NCBI GenBank assembly: GCA_025965475.1
Contig: JAOPWV010000069.1
Location: 590 to 64,589 of the forward strand
DNA length: 64,000 nt
Direction of reading: 5' to 3'
DNA from: Frankiales bacterium
GTDB lineage: Bacteria; Actinomycetota; Actinomycetes; Mycobacteriales; SCTD01
Of this stretch, positions 52,243-62,073 are shown one piece after another (position 1 is the stretch's first letter; each line of letters starts with the position of its first letter). Below the pieces are notes generated by a model that did no database searches, was not told the DNA's origin, and saw only the letters and a program-made list of their open reading frames with translations. The position numbers and the translations under genes were made by a program.

Positions 52243-52941
52243 ATGTCGAGCTACGACATCCACCCGCCCGAGCTGGTCCCGATCCTCTCGCGAGGCAAGC
52301 ATCGCAATCCCCGCAAGGGGGCGTGCTTCATGGAGATGGCCTCGTACCTCGCCGGTGAGCGCTGGAGCGATCATCCGGCGTGTACGCATCCGCTGCTCGG
52401 TGCGGTCGCACGTCACGTCAACGACCGGACCACCGATGAAGGCCGTCAACGGCTCGTGGAGCTGATCCCGTCGGTGATCGGCCTCACCAGCAACGACCTG
52501 CATGTCGACGCCGCGATCGCTCTGCGCTGCGCGACGACGGCACTGCCCGTCGTCGCGGCCGAGCGCCAGCGGATCATGGCCGCCGCCGTCCTCGGGGCGA
52601 TGCGCGTGCTCGCCGACCTCGACGGGCGGACCTCGGCCGCCATCGAGGAGCGGGGCCGCACGGCGCTGGCACAGGTGCCGCAGGCCGCCCGCTGGGCGCG
52701 GGACTTCACGTTCGAGATCAGAACCTCTCCCGTGGTGTTCCGCCGCGTCTCCGCGCCGACGATCGCGCACTACGCCGTCGAGGGCATCGCGCAGGCGTGT
52801 GTGCCCGAGCCGGACGAACTCCTGCGGGCTCTGCTCATCGGAGCCATCGCGGACGTCCGCGCGTGGGTGCAGACGGAGGACGTGCCCGCCGGGCCGCCCG
52901 TCCCGGCGCAGCCGGACCTCAGGGCGCGCGCGGCCCGCTGA
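52243..52941 (+). CDS. Conserved actinobacterial hypothetical protein
   Basis: LSRGKH..GACFMEMASYLAGERWSDHPACTHP. Confidence 0.75.
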   Translation: MSSYDIHPPELVPILSRGKHRNPRKGACFMEMASYLAGERWSDHPACTHPLLGAVARHVNDRTTDEGRQRLVELIPSVIGLTSNDLHVDAAIALRCATTALPVVAAERQRIMAAAVLGAMRVLADLDGRTSAAIEERGRTALAQVPQAARWARDFTFEIRTSPVVFRRVSAPTIAHYAVEGIAQACVPEPDELLRALLIGAIADVRAWVQTEDVPAGPPVPAQPDLRARAAR

Positions 52942-52979
52942 GCAGGGCCCGGCACCCGGCCTCGAGCCCGGAGTCCGTG

Positions 52980-53357
52980 ATGGCGGTGACGCTGCACCGG
53001 CCCGGGTACGACCATGCCCGGCGGGTGATCGCTGCGGGCCGGGTGGTGCTCGACGACAGGGATGCATGGAGCGAGCATCAGCCGACCGCCGCTCAGGAGA
53101 ACGCCTACCTCGAGGAGCACGGCTTCGCGGCGTACGGCAGGTGGCACCTGGGCGTCGACGACGCCGCCGCCGAGGACACCAAGGCGCGGTACCGCTTCCC
53201 GTACGGGGACTTCGAAGCGGTGCACCGGTGCGGCGTGCTCGCCGCCGAGGTCCGCGCGGGGCAGTACAAGCACGCGGACATCCAGGTCGCCGCCGCCCAC
53301 CTGCACGGGATGCTCGACGAGCTGATGGCGGCGAGACCGGGTTCAGGCGGCGGCTGA
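52980..53357 (+). CDS. Conserved hypothetical protein
   Basis: WSEHQP..EN..YGRWHLG..TKARYRFPYGDF..VHR; GGAG RBS. Confidence 0.75.
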   Translation: MAVTLHRPGYDHARRVIAAGRVVLDDRDAWSEHQPTAAQENAYLEEHGFAAYGRWHLGVDDAAAEDTKARYRFPYGDFEAVHRCGVLAAEVRAGQYKHADIQVAAAHLHGMLDELMAARPGSGGG

Positions 53358-53449
53358 CCGGCGGGTTGACGCCACCGAGGCCGGGAAAGGACCGTCGCAC
53401 CTGAGAGGACCGGAACCCTCGGAGCCCCGAGGGCCTCCAAGGAGGCGCA

Positions 53450-54061
53450 GTGCACGTCCGCCTCAATCTCGTGACGGCCGACCCGGCCAAGCTCTACGAC
53501 GTCGTGGACTACGTCCGGCACGACGTGCGCGCGATGCTGGAAGGCCGGCCGGGGAACATGGGCATGTCCCTGCTGGTGAACGATCCGCTGGGCATCGCCA
53601 TCGTCGAGTCGTACTGGTTCTCCGGCGACGCGATGCGGGAGAGCGAGCACAGCGTCGCGGCCAGCCGGGCCCAGGCGGTCCGCCGTGGGGCCGCCACGGT
53701 CTCCGTCGAGCGATTCGTCGTCGCCAGCTCGACCCGCACACGACGGCCCGAGGCGGGTGCAGGGGTCCGCCTGACCAGGGTGGAGGGCGATGCCAAGGCC
53801 GTCGACCGGATCGCTACGGCCTACGAGGACATCGCCCTGCCGTGGTTGACGGATACCGACGGCTTCTGTGGCGCGACGCTCTACGAGGACCGGGCGACCG
53901 GCCGGGGAATCCGGCAGACCTACTGGCGGGATCCGGTGGCCCTCAGCGCGAGCCGGGGCGCCGCAGCCGGAGTACGCGCGGAGGTGGTCGCCGCGGCGGA
54001 CGGCTCGATCCGCGCGCTCGAGGAGTACAGCCTCGTCTTCACGTCCGGCTGGCCGGAGTGA
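53450..54061 (+). CDS. Tandem ABM-like (dimeric alpha/beta barrel) protein
   Basis: Two similar halves (PGNMGMSLLVN..SYW; DGFCGATLYEDR..TYW); AAGGAGG RBS. Confidence 0.7.
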   Translation: MHVRLNLVTADPAKLYDVVDYVRHDVRAMLEGRPGNMGMSLLVNDPLGIAIVESYWFSGDAMRESEHSVAASRAQAVRRGAATVSVERFVVASSTRTRRPEAGAGVRLTRVEGDAKAVDRIATAYEDIALPWLTDTDGFCGATLYEDRATGRGIRQTYWRDPVALSASRGAAAGVRAEVVAAADGSIRALEEYSLVFTSGWPE

Positions 54062-54077
54062 TGCCCGTTACCGGCGG

Positions 54078-54728
54078 TCAGCGGTCGAGCAGCCTGCGTA
54101 CCTGGCCGGTCGTCGTCTGCTTGAAGTCGGCGTAGTACCTGCTCACCGCACCGAACCCGTCCGGCGCATGAAGGCACAGCACGAGGTCGGCCACCTCGTC
54201 GAGCGCGCGGCAGCTGTCGGGGGCACCGACCGGTACGGCGACCACGACGCGGCCTGCGCCGGACGCGCGCGCCGCCTCGACGGCGGCCCGCATGGACATG
54301 CCGGTGGCCAGCCCGTCGTCGACGAGGACCACGGTGCGGCCCGTCAGGTCCTGCGCCGGCCGGTCGCCCCGGCACTCGCGCTCCCGGCGGGTCAGTTCGC
54401 GGCCCTCCCTGACCGCCACGGCCTCGATCTCCGCCGGGGAGATGCGGAAGCGGCGTACGACGGCCCCGTTCAGGACGCGCACACGGCCGCTCGCGATCGC
54501 GCCCATCGCCAGCTCGGGCTGTCCTGGGGCACCCAATTTGCGCACCACGGCCACGTCCAGCGGCGCGCCCAACGCGACCGCCACCTCGGCGGCGACGGGC
54601 ACACCGCCCCGTGCCAGACCGAGGACGACGAGGTCGGCCTCGGGCGGCGCCGCATCGGACAGCACATCGGCCAGCCGGGCCGCCAGCTCCCGGCCGGCAC
54701 TGCTCCGATCCTTGAACAGCACGGACAT
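54078..54728 (-). CDS. Phosphoribosyltransferase family protein
   Basis: FKDRSSAG, LARGGVPV, VLVDDGLATG. Confidence 0.9.
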   Translation of the reverse strand: MSVLFKDRSSAGRELAARLADVLSDAAPPEADLVVLGLARGGVPVAAEVAVALGAPLDVAVVRKLGAPGQPELAMGAIASGRVRVLNGAVVRRFRISPAEIEAVAVREGRELTRRERECRGDRPAQDLTGRTVVLVDDGLATGMSMRAAVEAARASGAGRVVVAVPVGAPDSCRALDEVADLVLCLHAPDGFGAVSRYYADFKQTTTGQVRRLLDR

Positions 54729-54806
54729 CCCGGCACCACTCACGCGCTGCCCTTGCGCACCTGGCGCAAACGCCCCACGGGTGCGCGCGCACAGCTGGGG
54801 TACGGG

Positions 54807-55088
54807 ATGCGCATGACGGACGAGGAGGTGGCGCGGGCGCTGGAACAACTGCCCGGCTGGACCGGCGACGCCCGGCGCCTGAGCCGCACGCTCGAGGTGC
54901 CGGCGGACCGGCAGCAGACGATGCTCGACGCGATCCGCGAGGTCCAGCGTGAGCTCGATCATCATGCGGTGATCGCCGAGGAGCCCGGCCGCCTGACCCT
55001 CACGCTGTGGACCCACACCCGCGACGAGGTCACCCGGCGCGACCTCGAGCTGGCCGGCCGCATCAACGAGATCGCTGCCCGCTTCTGA
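54807..55088 (+). CDS. Pterin-4-alpha-carbinolamine dehydratase family protein
   Basis: LPGW, DHHA, LWTH, VTRRDLELA. Confidence 0.8.
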   Translation: MRMTDEEVARALEQLPGWTGDARRLSRTLEVPADRQQTMLDAIREVQRELDHHAVIAEEPGRLTLTLWTHTRDEVTRRDLELAGRINEIAARF

Positions 55089-55165
55089 TCCGGCGGTCAG
55101 GCGTCAGCGGGGTACGAGCGGGCACAGCACGGTTGCCGGCCCCGCTGCCGGCACGGAGGTCGGTC

Positions 55166-55783
55166 ATGCGCGTCGCCGTCGTCGGCACCGGCCGGCTCGC
55201 CCGCAGCCTCGTCGTCCGGCTGAAGCGGGCGGGCTACGACGTCGTCGTCACAGAGCTGCCCGGACAGGAGCCACCGGCCGGCCTCGCTGTCGACGCGGGG
55301 GCGGAGGCGGAGCCGCTGGACGAGGCGGTCGCGGGGGCTGACGTGGTGTTCCTCGCGATCCCGTTCGGGCGGTTCCGGGACCTGCCCGCCGAGACCTTCG
55401 CCGGCAAGGTCGTGGTCGACGCCACGGACTACGACGCGGCTGACGACGGACCCATGCCGGAGCTGGAGGCGACACCGTCCAGCCAGCTGCTGGCCCGCCA
55501 CCTGGCCGGAGCCAGGGTCGTGAAGGCGCTCAACACGCTGAACCTGCTGACCCTCGGCGAGACCGGCCTGCTCGCAGGTGACGTACCTCGACCTGCTGTG
55601 CCCGCGGCCGGGGACGATCCGAAGGCCAAGGCCGTCGTGTCCGACATCCTGGTCGACCTCGGCTTCGATCCGGTCGACGCCGGAGCGCTCGCCGACAGTT
55701 GGCGGCTCCAGCCCGGCATGCCGGTGCACGGACTGCTGACCGACATCGACGACGTACGCGCCAAGCTGGCCCTCACGTCCTGA
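55166..55783 (+). CDS. NADPH-dependent F420 reductase/NADP oxidoreductase family
   Basis: VVGTGRLA, VFLAIP, VVDAT, VVKALNT, AGDD, GFDPVDAG. Confidence 0.85.
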   Translation: MRVAVVGTGRLARSLVVRLKRAGYDVVVTELPGQEPPAGLAVDAGAEAEPLDEAVAGADVVFLAIPFGRFRDLPAETFAGKVVVDATDYDAADDGPMPELEATPSSQLLARHLAGARVVKALNTLNLLTLGETGLLAGDVPRPAVPAAGDDPKAKAVVSDILVDLGFDPVDAGALADSWRLQPGMPVHGLLTDIDDVRAKLALTS

Positions 55784-55794
55784 CGCGAAACCGT

Positions 55795-56202
55795 CTAGGC
55801 CGCCAGCGGGACGTAGACGCTGCTGCCGTCCGCGAGGGTGCCGCCGACCAGCCGCAGGCCGGTGGCGTTCTGGGACGGCGCGGGCCCGAAGGTCAGGTAC
55901 TGCGTCCACCAGCGGCCGTCACCGCCGGAACCGCCACCCATCAGGCGGTACGGCGTGTCGGCATCGTCGACCATGCTGAAGACGGGCAACGCGCGCCCGA
56001 CCACGGGGCGCGGCGGCGGGGGGAACTGCGCGAGGTTCCACTTGATGCGGTCGCCCCACAGTTCGACGGACGCCACCACGAGGCGGCCGCCCTCGGTCGC
56101 CGGGCGCTCCTGGGCGACCGGCAGGACCCGGTGCAGCGTCGGCACCTCGCCCAGCCAGCGCTCGAAATCGTCACTCAACACGGACAGCACTCCCTCATTC
56201 AC
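55795..56202 (-). CDS. Hypothetical protein
   Basis: ORF filling the gap; VASVELW..DDADTPY..GGSGG..FGPAP. Confidence 0.55.
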   Translation of the reverse strand: MNEGVLSVLSDDFERWLGEVPTLHRVLPVAQERPATEGGRLVVASVELWGDRIKWNLAQFPPPPRPVVGRALPVFSMVDDADTPYRLMGGGSGGDGRWWTQYLTFGPAPSQNATGLRLVGGTLADGSSVYVPLAA

Positions 56203-56297
56203 CGAGCGTCATCCCCCGCAGCCACGGTAGTCCCGACACCGATGATGTTGGGCTGCGGCAGGCGGTTCCGTCGGCCCCTGCCGGGTAGCGGCGCGCC

Positions 56298-56786
56298 ATG
56301 GGAAGCGGTCCCATCGTCATCGGGTACGACGGCACGGCGACTGCCGAGCAGGCGCTGCTGCAGGCAGCGGCGTTGATGGCCCCGCGGCAGGCCCTGGTCG
56401 TCGTCGTGTGGGAACCGGATCGGGTCTTCGAGGTCATGGCCTGGCCGGCGGCGACCGCCGGCATCCCACTGGCGCCGCTCGACATCCGCGCAGCCCTGGA
56501 GGTCCAGCAGAAGGAGGCGGAGCGGGTCCAGGAACTGGCCGCGCGGGCCGCGGACCGGGCCCGGGAGGCCGGCCTGGAGGCGGACGGCCTGGCCGTCGCG
56601 GACGACCGCACCGTCGCCGAGACCCTGGTGCGGATCGCGCGCGAGCAGGACAGCCGCGCGCTCGTCATCGGTGCGCGACCGCACCCATCCCTCGGGGAGT
56701 TGGTCCTCGGCAGCACCGAACGCGACGTGGTCCGCACCGCGCCGTGCGCCGTCCTGATGGTGCGCGGCCAGGATCAGGCCGGCTGA
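56298..56786 (+). CDS. Universal stress protein
   Basis: IVIGYDG, LVIGAR..LGST..VV..APCAVLMV. Confidence 0.9.
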   Translation: MGSGPIVIGYDGTATAEQALLQAAALMAPRQALVVVVWEPDRVFEVMAWPAATAGIPLAPLDIRAALEVQQKEAERVQELAARAADRAREAGLEADGLAVADDRTVAETLVRIAREQDSRALVIGARPHPSLGELVLGSTERDVVRTAPCAVLMVRGQDQAG

Positions 56787-57148
56787 GCCGGCAACCGGCC
56801 CAGCAACCACCCCGGCCCGACGACCGACCCGCCGGTGCCCCGCACCCGCTCCCCGAGGCCCCGGTCGGCCGACACGAGCGTGACGGGCTCGTCGGCCTCA
56901 GCGGCGACGGCGGCGAGGGTGTCGTCGCCTTCCCCCCTGGCGTGTACGACGCGCACCCCGTCCTCGGTGCTCTCCTCGACGCCTCTACGCGCCTGCCCCT
57001 CCAGGACCAGCACCACAGGCAACGGCAGGCTGCCGTCCCGCGCGGCCGCGCGTACCCGGTCGTACAGGGCCCGCGCGGCGCCAGGACGGTCCCGCCACCA
57101 GCCGGTGGGGCGCGAGCCGACCACGTTGGCGGCGTCGATGAGCAGCAC
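56774..57148 (-). CDS. NYN/PIN-like small protein
   Basis: IDAANVVGSRP.GWWRDR, GDD, VSADRGL. Confidence 0.75.
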   Translation of the reverse strand: MLLIDAANVVGSRPTGWWRDRPGAARALYDRVRAAARDGSLPLPVVLVLEGQARRGVEESTEDGVRVVHARGEGDDTLAAVAAEADEPVTLVSADRGLGERVRGTGGSVVGPGWLLGRLPAQPA

Positions 57149-57183
57149 CAGTCCGTCCTCCCCGCTCCGCGTCCACCTGAGCG

Positions 57184-58611
57184 TCAGCCGGGGACGCCTC
57201 GGCCTGCGGTGCGTAGCGCGACGTCGCGCGCCTCGCCGTACGCCGCCCGGACCCGCTGCCCGGACGCGACGTCCGTGGGCTCCAGCACGACCAGTCCCGG
57301 CAGCGTCCAGTCCGGCGGGGCCGCGCCGCCCGCCAGGACCCACGCGGCCTGCCGGGCGGCGCCCCGGGCGACGTACTCCTCCGGCTCCGGCACGGCCACC
57401 TGGGTGCCGAACAGCGACGGGGCGACAGTGCGTACCGCGCCCGACCGGGCGGCGCCACCGATGAGCAGCAGCCGCCGCGGGGCGACGCCCTGTCGGGTGA
57501 GTGCCTCGACCGCGTCGGCCAGCCCGCAGAGCATCCCCTCGACCGCGGCGCGGGCGAGATTCGCCGGCGTCATCGACGCCCGGGTGAGCCCGGACAGGCT
57601 GCCGGTCGCGTCCGGCAGGTCCGGCGTGCGCTCCCCGTCGAGGTACGGCAGCAGCACCAGTCCGCCGGCACCCGGCTCGCCCTTCAGGGCGAGCGCGTCA
57701 AGGCCGGCCAGGTCGGTGCCCAGCAGCTGCGCGGTGGCGGTGAGGACGCGCGCGGCGTTGAGCGTGGCCACGAGCGGCAGGAAGCGTCCCGTTGCGTCGG
57801 CGAAGCCCGCGACGGTCCCGGTCGCGTCGCCGACGGGGGCGTCGTGCACCGCGAACGCCGTGCCGCTCGTCCCCAGCGACACGATCACGTCCCCGGCCAC
57901 GGCGCCCAGACCCAGCGCCGCGCCCATGTTGTCGCCGGTACCCGCTGCCACCACGACGCCGTCGGCGGTCTCGCCGGCGCGCTCGTCAGGGCCGAGCACC
58001 CGGGGGGTCTCGATCGCGCGGCCGAAGGCCAGCGCCAGCAGGTCCTGGCGGTACGTCCCGGTCGAGGGCGCCCAGTAGCCGGTTCCGGACGCGTCGCCGC
58101 GGTCCGTGACGAGGTCGGCGGCCGACCCGGTCGGCCGCTCCAGCAACCGCGACGTCAGCCAGTCATGCGGCAGGAGCACGCTCTGCACCCGGCCCGCCGA
58201 ATCCGGCTCGTGCTCGGCCAGCCAGCGCAGCTTGGTGACCGTGAAGCTGGCCACCGGGACGCTGCCGACGGCCTCGGCCCAGGCGGCCGCACCGCCGCGC
58301 TCCGCGATCAGGTCGCGCGCGGCACCTGCCGAGCGCACGTCGTTCCAGAGCAGAGCCGGCCGGACGACGGAGCGGTCCGCATCCAGGACGACCATGCCGT
58401 GCTGCTGTCCGGCGACGGCCATGGCGGACACGCCGTCGAGCAGCCCGCCGGAAGCCGCCTGCTGCAGGGCCTGCCACCAGGCCCCCGGGTCCACCTCAGT
58501 CCCGTCCGGATGGGGCGCCTGCCCGCGGCGTACCACCTCACCCGTCGCCGCGTCACAGACGACGATCTTCGTGGACTGCGTCGAGGAGTCGATCCCGGCA
58601 ACGAGGGTCAT
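57184..58611 (-). CDS. xylB: Xylulokinase
   Basis: [32 protein letters not shown]. Confidence 0.92.
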   Translation of the reverse strand: MTLVAGIDSSTQSTKIVVCDAATGEVVRRGQAPHPDGTEVDPGAWWQALQQAASGGLLDGVSAMAVAGQQHGMVVLDADRSVVRPALLWNDVRSAGAARDLIAERGGAAAWAEAVGSVPVASFTVTKLRWLAEHEPDSAGRVQSVLLPHDWLTSRLLERPTGSAADLVTDRGDASGTGYWAPSTGTYRQDLLALAFGRAIETPRVLGPDERAGETADGVVVAAGTGDNMGAALGLGAVAGDVIVSLGTSGTAFAVHDAPVGDATGTVAGFADATGRFLPLVATLNAARVLTATAQLLGTDLAGLDALALKGEPGAGGLVLLPYLDGERTPDLPDATGSLSGLTRASMTPANLARAAVEGMLCGLADAVEALTRQGVAPRRLLLIGGAARSGAVRTVAPSLFGTQVAVPEPEEYVARGAARQAAWVLAGGAAPPDWTLPGLVVLEPTDVASGQRVRAAYGEARDVALRTAGRGVPG

Positions 58612-59828
58612 GCGCCAGCTTTCTGGAGGGCCGGTGCCAGGCGGGCGAGGGCACCGAGCGGATCGTCGAGCAACGGTGCAAAGGCGAGTTCGGCGGCCCC
58701 GACCGCGATCGAGTCGTCGCCCAGGCCGGGGAGCTCGAGCCGCACGTGCTCGCGCGGCGCGGCCAGCGCTCCCCCCAGCGCCTCCCGGACCAACGGCTCC
58801 GTCGCCGTGAAGATGTGCCGGCTGACCCCGCCGAACAGGATCAGCTCAGGGTTGAAAACGTTGACCAGGTTCGCCACCCCCACTCCGAGTGACCGGCCTA
58901 CCCGCCGCATCCCGGCCTGCGGCCACCGCTCCCCCGCGGCGTACGCCTCGAGGACTCCGGCCAGGGTCATGCCGGCCGGTGCCCCCGTCGCCAGCAGGAC
59001 CGCCTGGTCGCCGACCTCGGTCTCCCAGCACCCGCGCCGGCCGCAGCGGCACAGCCGGCCCCGCGGGTCGATGCTCATGTGCCCGATCTCGCCGCCGTAC
59101 CCGCCGGAACCCCGCATAGGCCGGCCTTCGAGGATGAAGCCGCCGCCGATGCCCACCTCGCCGGAGATGTAGACCATGTCGGACAACCCGACACCGGCAC
59201 CACGCCGGTGCTCGGCCATAGCACCCAGGTCGCCGTCGTTGCCGACGTCGATCTGCAGCGAGGTCCCGAGCCGTTCGGCCAGCAACTCCCGCAGCGGCAC
59301 GTCCACCCAGCCCAGGTTGGGCGCGAAGCGCACCGCGCCGTCGTCCGAGCTCACCACGCCGCAGACGCCGACGCCGATCCCGACGCAGACCGCGTACGGC
59401 GGAGCCCCGGCGAACATGGCGCCGGCGAGCGCGTCGAGCCGCCCGAGCGTGCGCGCGACGTCGTAGTCGCCGAGGGACTGGCCGAGGTCGGTGCGGTCCA
59501 GAACGACACCACCGAGACCCACCCGGACCGCGGTCAGGTGCTCGACGCCGACATCGAGCGCGAGCACGTAGAAGCGCTCGGACTCCGGCTCCACCGTGAT
59601 GGAGGGGCGACCGGCGCCGGCGCCGCCCCGGCCCACCGGTGCTGCCTCACGGACCAGGCCGGCCTGCACCAGGTCGGCGGTGAGGGCCTTGATCGTGCTG
59701 CGGTTCAGGCCGGTGAGGGCCGTGAGATCCGAACGCGACGTCGCCCCGTGGACATGCACCAGCCGCAGCAGGCTGCCGAGGTTGTGGCGGCGAACCTCGT
59801 CCTGCGTCGCGGCAGACCGTCTGTCCAC
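58608..59828 (-). CDS. ROK family transcriptional regulator
   Basis: [15 protein letters not shown]; [15 protein letters not shown]. Confidence 0.9.
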   Translation of the reverse strand: MDRRSAATQDEVRRHNLGSLLRLVHVHGATSRSDLTALTGLNRSTIKALTADLVQAGLVREAAPVGRGGAGAGRPSITVEPESERFYVLALDVGVEHLTAVRVGLGGVVLDRTDLGQSLGDYDVARTLGRLDALAGAMFAGAPPYAVCVGIGVGVCGVVSSDDGAVRFAPNLGWVDVPLRELLAERLGTSLQIDVGNDGDLGAMAEHRRGAGVGLSDMVYISGEVGIGGGFILEGRPMRGSGGYGGEIGHMSIDPRGRLCRCGRRGCWETEVGDQAVLLATGAPAGMTLAGVLEAYAAGERWPQAGMRRVGRSLGVGVANLVNVFNPELILFGGVSRHIFTATEPLVREALGGALAAPREHVRLELPGLGDDSIAVGAAELAFAPLLDDPLGALARLAPALQKAGA

Positions 59829-59847
59829 GTGGAGGTCTGGGTCCCGC

Positions 59848-61116
59848 TCAGACGCGCCCGGTGGCGGCCGCGCGACGACGCGAGATCGCATCCACGCTGG
59901 CCGCGACGAGCAGGACGACGCCGGTGACCATGTAGACGACGCTGGACGGTTGGTTGAGCAGCCCCATCCCGTTGATGATGATCGCGATCACGAGGCCACC
60001 GAGCACGGCGTCCATCATCTTGCCCTTGCCGCCGAACAGGCTGGTCCCGCCGATGACGGCAGCGCCGACGGCGTACAGCAGCGTCTCGGCGCCACCGGTC
60101 GTCGGGGAGATGGAGTTGTCGCGGCTGGCCAGCAGGAAGCCGCCGATCGCCGCCAGCGTCGAGCAGAGCACGAAGCACAGCAGCTTGACGCGCTGCACGT
60201 TGATGCCCGCGCGGCGGGCCGCCTCGGCGTTGCCGCCGACCGCATAGACGTGCCGGCCGAAGGCCGTCCTGCCGAGCAGGAAGTTCAGCAGCACCAGCAG
60301 GGCGACGAGCAGCACGATGACCTCCGGGACGCCCTTGATCGACGTCACGGCGGGGTTGCGGCTGCGCTCGGTGCTCAGGTACCAGGTCGCCGCACCCAGC
60401 AGGACCGCCAGCACCGCCACCTTCGCCAGCACGACCTCGATCGCGTCGGCGTGCAGCCCGTCGGCCCGACGGGCCGCGGCACGCCGCAGCGACACGTAGG
60501 CGTACGCCCCGACGACGACCGCGAAGAGCACCCAGCCCAGCCAGACCGGCAGGTTGTTGTTGTTGAGCGCGAGCAGCACCGGGTCGCGGACCGAGATGGT
60601 GCCACCCTCCCCGATGAGCTTGAGCAGAACGCCCTGCAGCCCCAGGAAGGCCGCCAGGGTGACGACGAACGACGGGATCCCGAGCCGCGCGACGAGCATG
60701 CCGATGCACGTTCCGATGACGGCTCCCGTCACCAGTCCGGCGATGATGGCGAGCCACCAGGGATGTCCCTGGCGGGTCAGCACGATGCCCATGATCGATG
60801 CCGCGGTGCCTGCCGAGAAGCCCGCGGACAGGTCGATCTCACCGAGCAGCAGGACGAAGACCAGCCCCATCGCGATGACGATCAGGGCGGCGCTCTGGTT
60901 GATGAGGTTCGCGAAGTTGAAGGCGTTGGTGAACGTCGACGGACGCAGGATCGAGAAGACCAGGGTCAGGACGACCAGCCCGAGGACGGCCGGTAGCGCG
61001 CCGACGTCGCCACCGCGTACGGCCGAGACGTACGCACGGATCGCGGTTCCCAGCCCGGGACGGGGGCGCCCCTCGTCAGCCGCGGGGGCCTCGGGCGCGA
61101 GTGTGCTCGAGGTCAT
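59848..61116 (-). CDS. Sugar (xylose-type) ABC permease
   Basis: GEIDLS, IPSFVVTL, YAVGGN, AVIGGTSLFGG. Confidence 0.9.
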   Translation of the reverse strand: MTSSTLAPEAPAADEGRPRPGLGTAIRAYVSAVRGGDVGALPAVLGLVVLTLVFSILRPSTFTNAFNFANLINQSAALIVIAMGLVFVLLLGEIDLSAGFSAGTAASIMGIVLTRQGHPWWLAIIAGLVTGAVIGTCIGMLVARLGIPSFVVTLAAFLGLQGVLLKLIGEGGTISVRDPVLLALNNNNLPVWLGWVLFAVVVGAYAYVSLRRAAARRADGLHADAIEVVLAKVAVLAVLLGAATWYLSTERSRNPAVTSIKGVPEVIVLLVALLVLLNFLLGRTAFGRHVYAVGGNAEAARRAGINVQRVKLLCFVLCSTLAAIGGFLLASRDNSISPTTGGAETLLYAVGAAVIGGTSLFGGKGKMMDAVLGGLVIAIIINGMGLLNQPSSVVYMVTGVVLLVAASVDAISRRRAAATGRV

Positions 61117-61979
61117 GATGCCTCCGCATTGGTCAGCGGGCCGGTGGGTTCGGTGCCGTCGGCGGGTCCGGCGGTCAGGGCCGCGGCGCCCAGGCCGAGG
61201 GCGCCGGACCGGCCCGAGGTGATCAGTTCGACGACCTGGTTCCGCGTGACGTCCGCGGAGCGCACCTGCGCAGCCATGCGGCCCAGATAGAGCACCGAGA
61301 TGTTGTCGGCGACCTCGAACACGTCGTTGAGGTTGTGGCTGATGAGGACCACGGCGAGCCCGTTGTCCGCGAGCCGGCGTACCAGTTTCAGGACCTGTTC
61401 GGTCTGGGCGACACCCAGCGCGGCGGTCGGCTCGTCGAGGATGACCACCCGGGAGTTCCAGATGACGGACCGGGCGATCGCGACCGTCTGGCGCTGGCCG
61501 CCGGACAGACTCGCGACCAGCTGCCGGATCGACTTCACGGTGCGCACGGACAGGCCGGCCAGCGTCTCGGCGGCGCGGCGTTCCATCGCCGCCTCGTCGA
61601 GGCGGCCGCCCTTCGTGATCTCCCGGCCCAGGAAGAGGTTGTGCACGATGTCGAGGTTGTCGCAGAGCGCGAGGTCCTGGTAGACGACCTCGATGCCCAG
61701 CGCGTTGGCCTGCTTCGGGTTGGTCACCGTGACGCGGTGACCGTCGAAGGTGTACATCCCGGAGTCGAACCCGTAGATGCCGGCGATGCCCTTGATGAGG
61801 GTGCTCTTGCCGGCGCCGTTGTCCCCGACGAGCGCGGTCACCTGCCCGGCGTAGGTGTCGAAGTCGACGTCCTGCAGGACGTGCACCGCCCCGAAACTCT
61901 TGTTGACGCCGCGCAACTGCAGCAGCGCCTCAGGTGCCGGGTCGGCGGACGGGGCATCGGTCGTACTCGGCATCGTCAT
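61113..61979 (-). CDS. Sugar ABC ATP-binding protein
   Basis: GDNGAGKS, LSGGQRQ, LDEPTAALG. Confidence 0.92.
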   Translation of the reverse strand: MTMPSTTDAPSADPAPEALLQLRGVNKSFGAVHVLQDVDFDTYAGQVTALVGDNGAGKSTLIKGIAGIYGFDSGMYTFDGHRVTVTNPKQANALGIEVVYQDLALCDNLDIVHNLFLGREITKGGRLDEAAMERRAAETLAGLSVRTVKSIRQLVASLSGGQRQTVAIARSVIWNSRVVILDEPTAALGVAQTEQVLKLVRRLADNGLAVVLISHNLNDVFEVADNISVLYLGRMAAQVRSADVTRNQVVELITSGRSGALGLGAAALTAGPADGTEPTGPLTNAEAS

Positions 61980-62028
61980 GGGGACCTCGCAGGTGGCGCC
62001 GGTGTGGTGTGGGGATCGAACAGGGTCG

Positions 62029-62066
62029 GGCTGGCGGCCCGGCTCAGAGAGCGCGGGCCGCCAGCC
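62029..62066. terminator. GC-rich stem-loop after the binding-protein gene (attenuator or mRNA stabiliser)
   Basis: GGCTGGCGGCCC...GGGCCGCCAGCC arms. Confidence 0.65.
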
Positions 62067-62073
62067 TGCCTGG

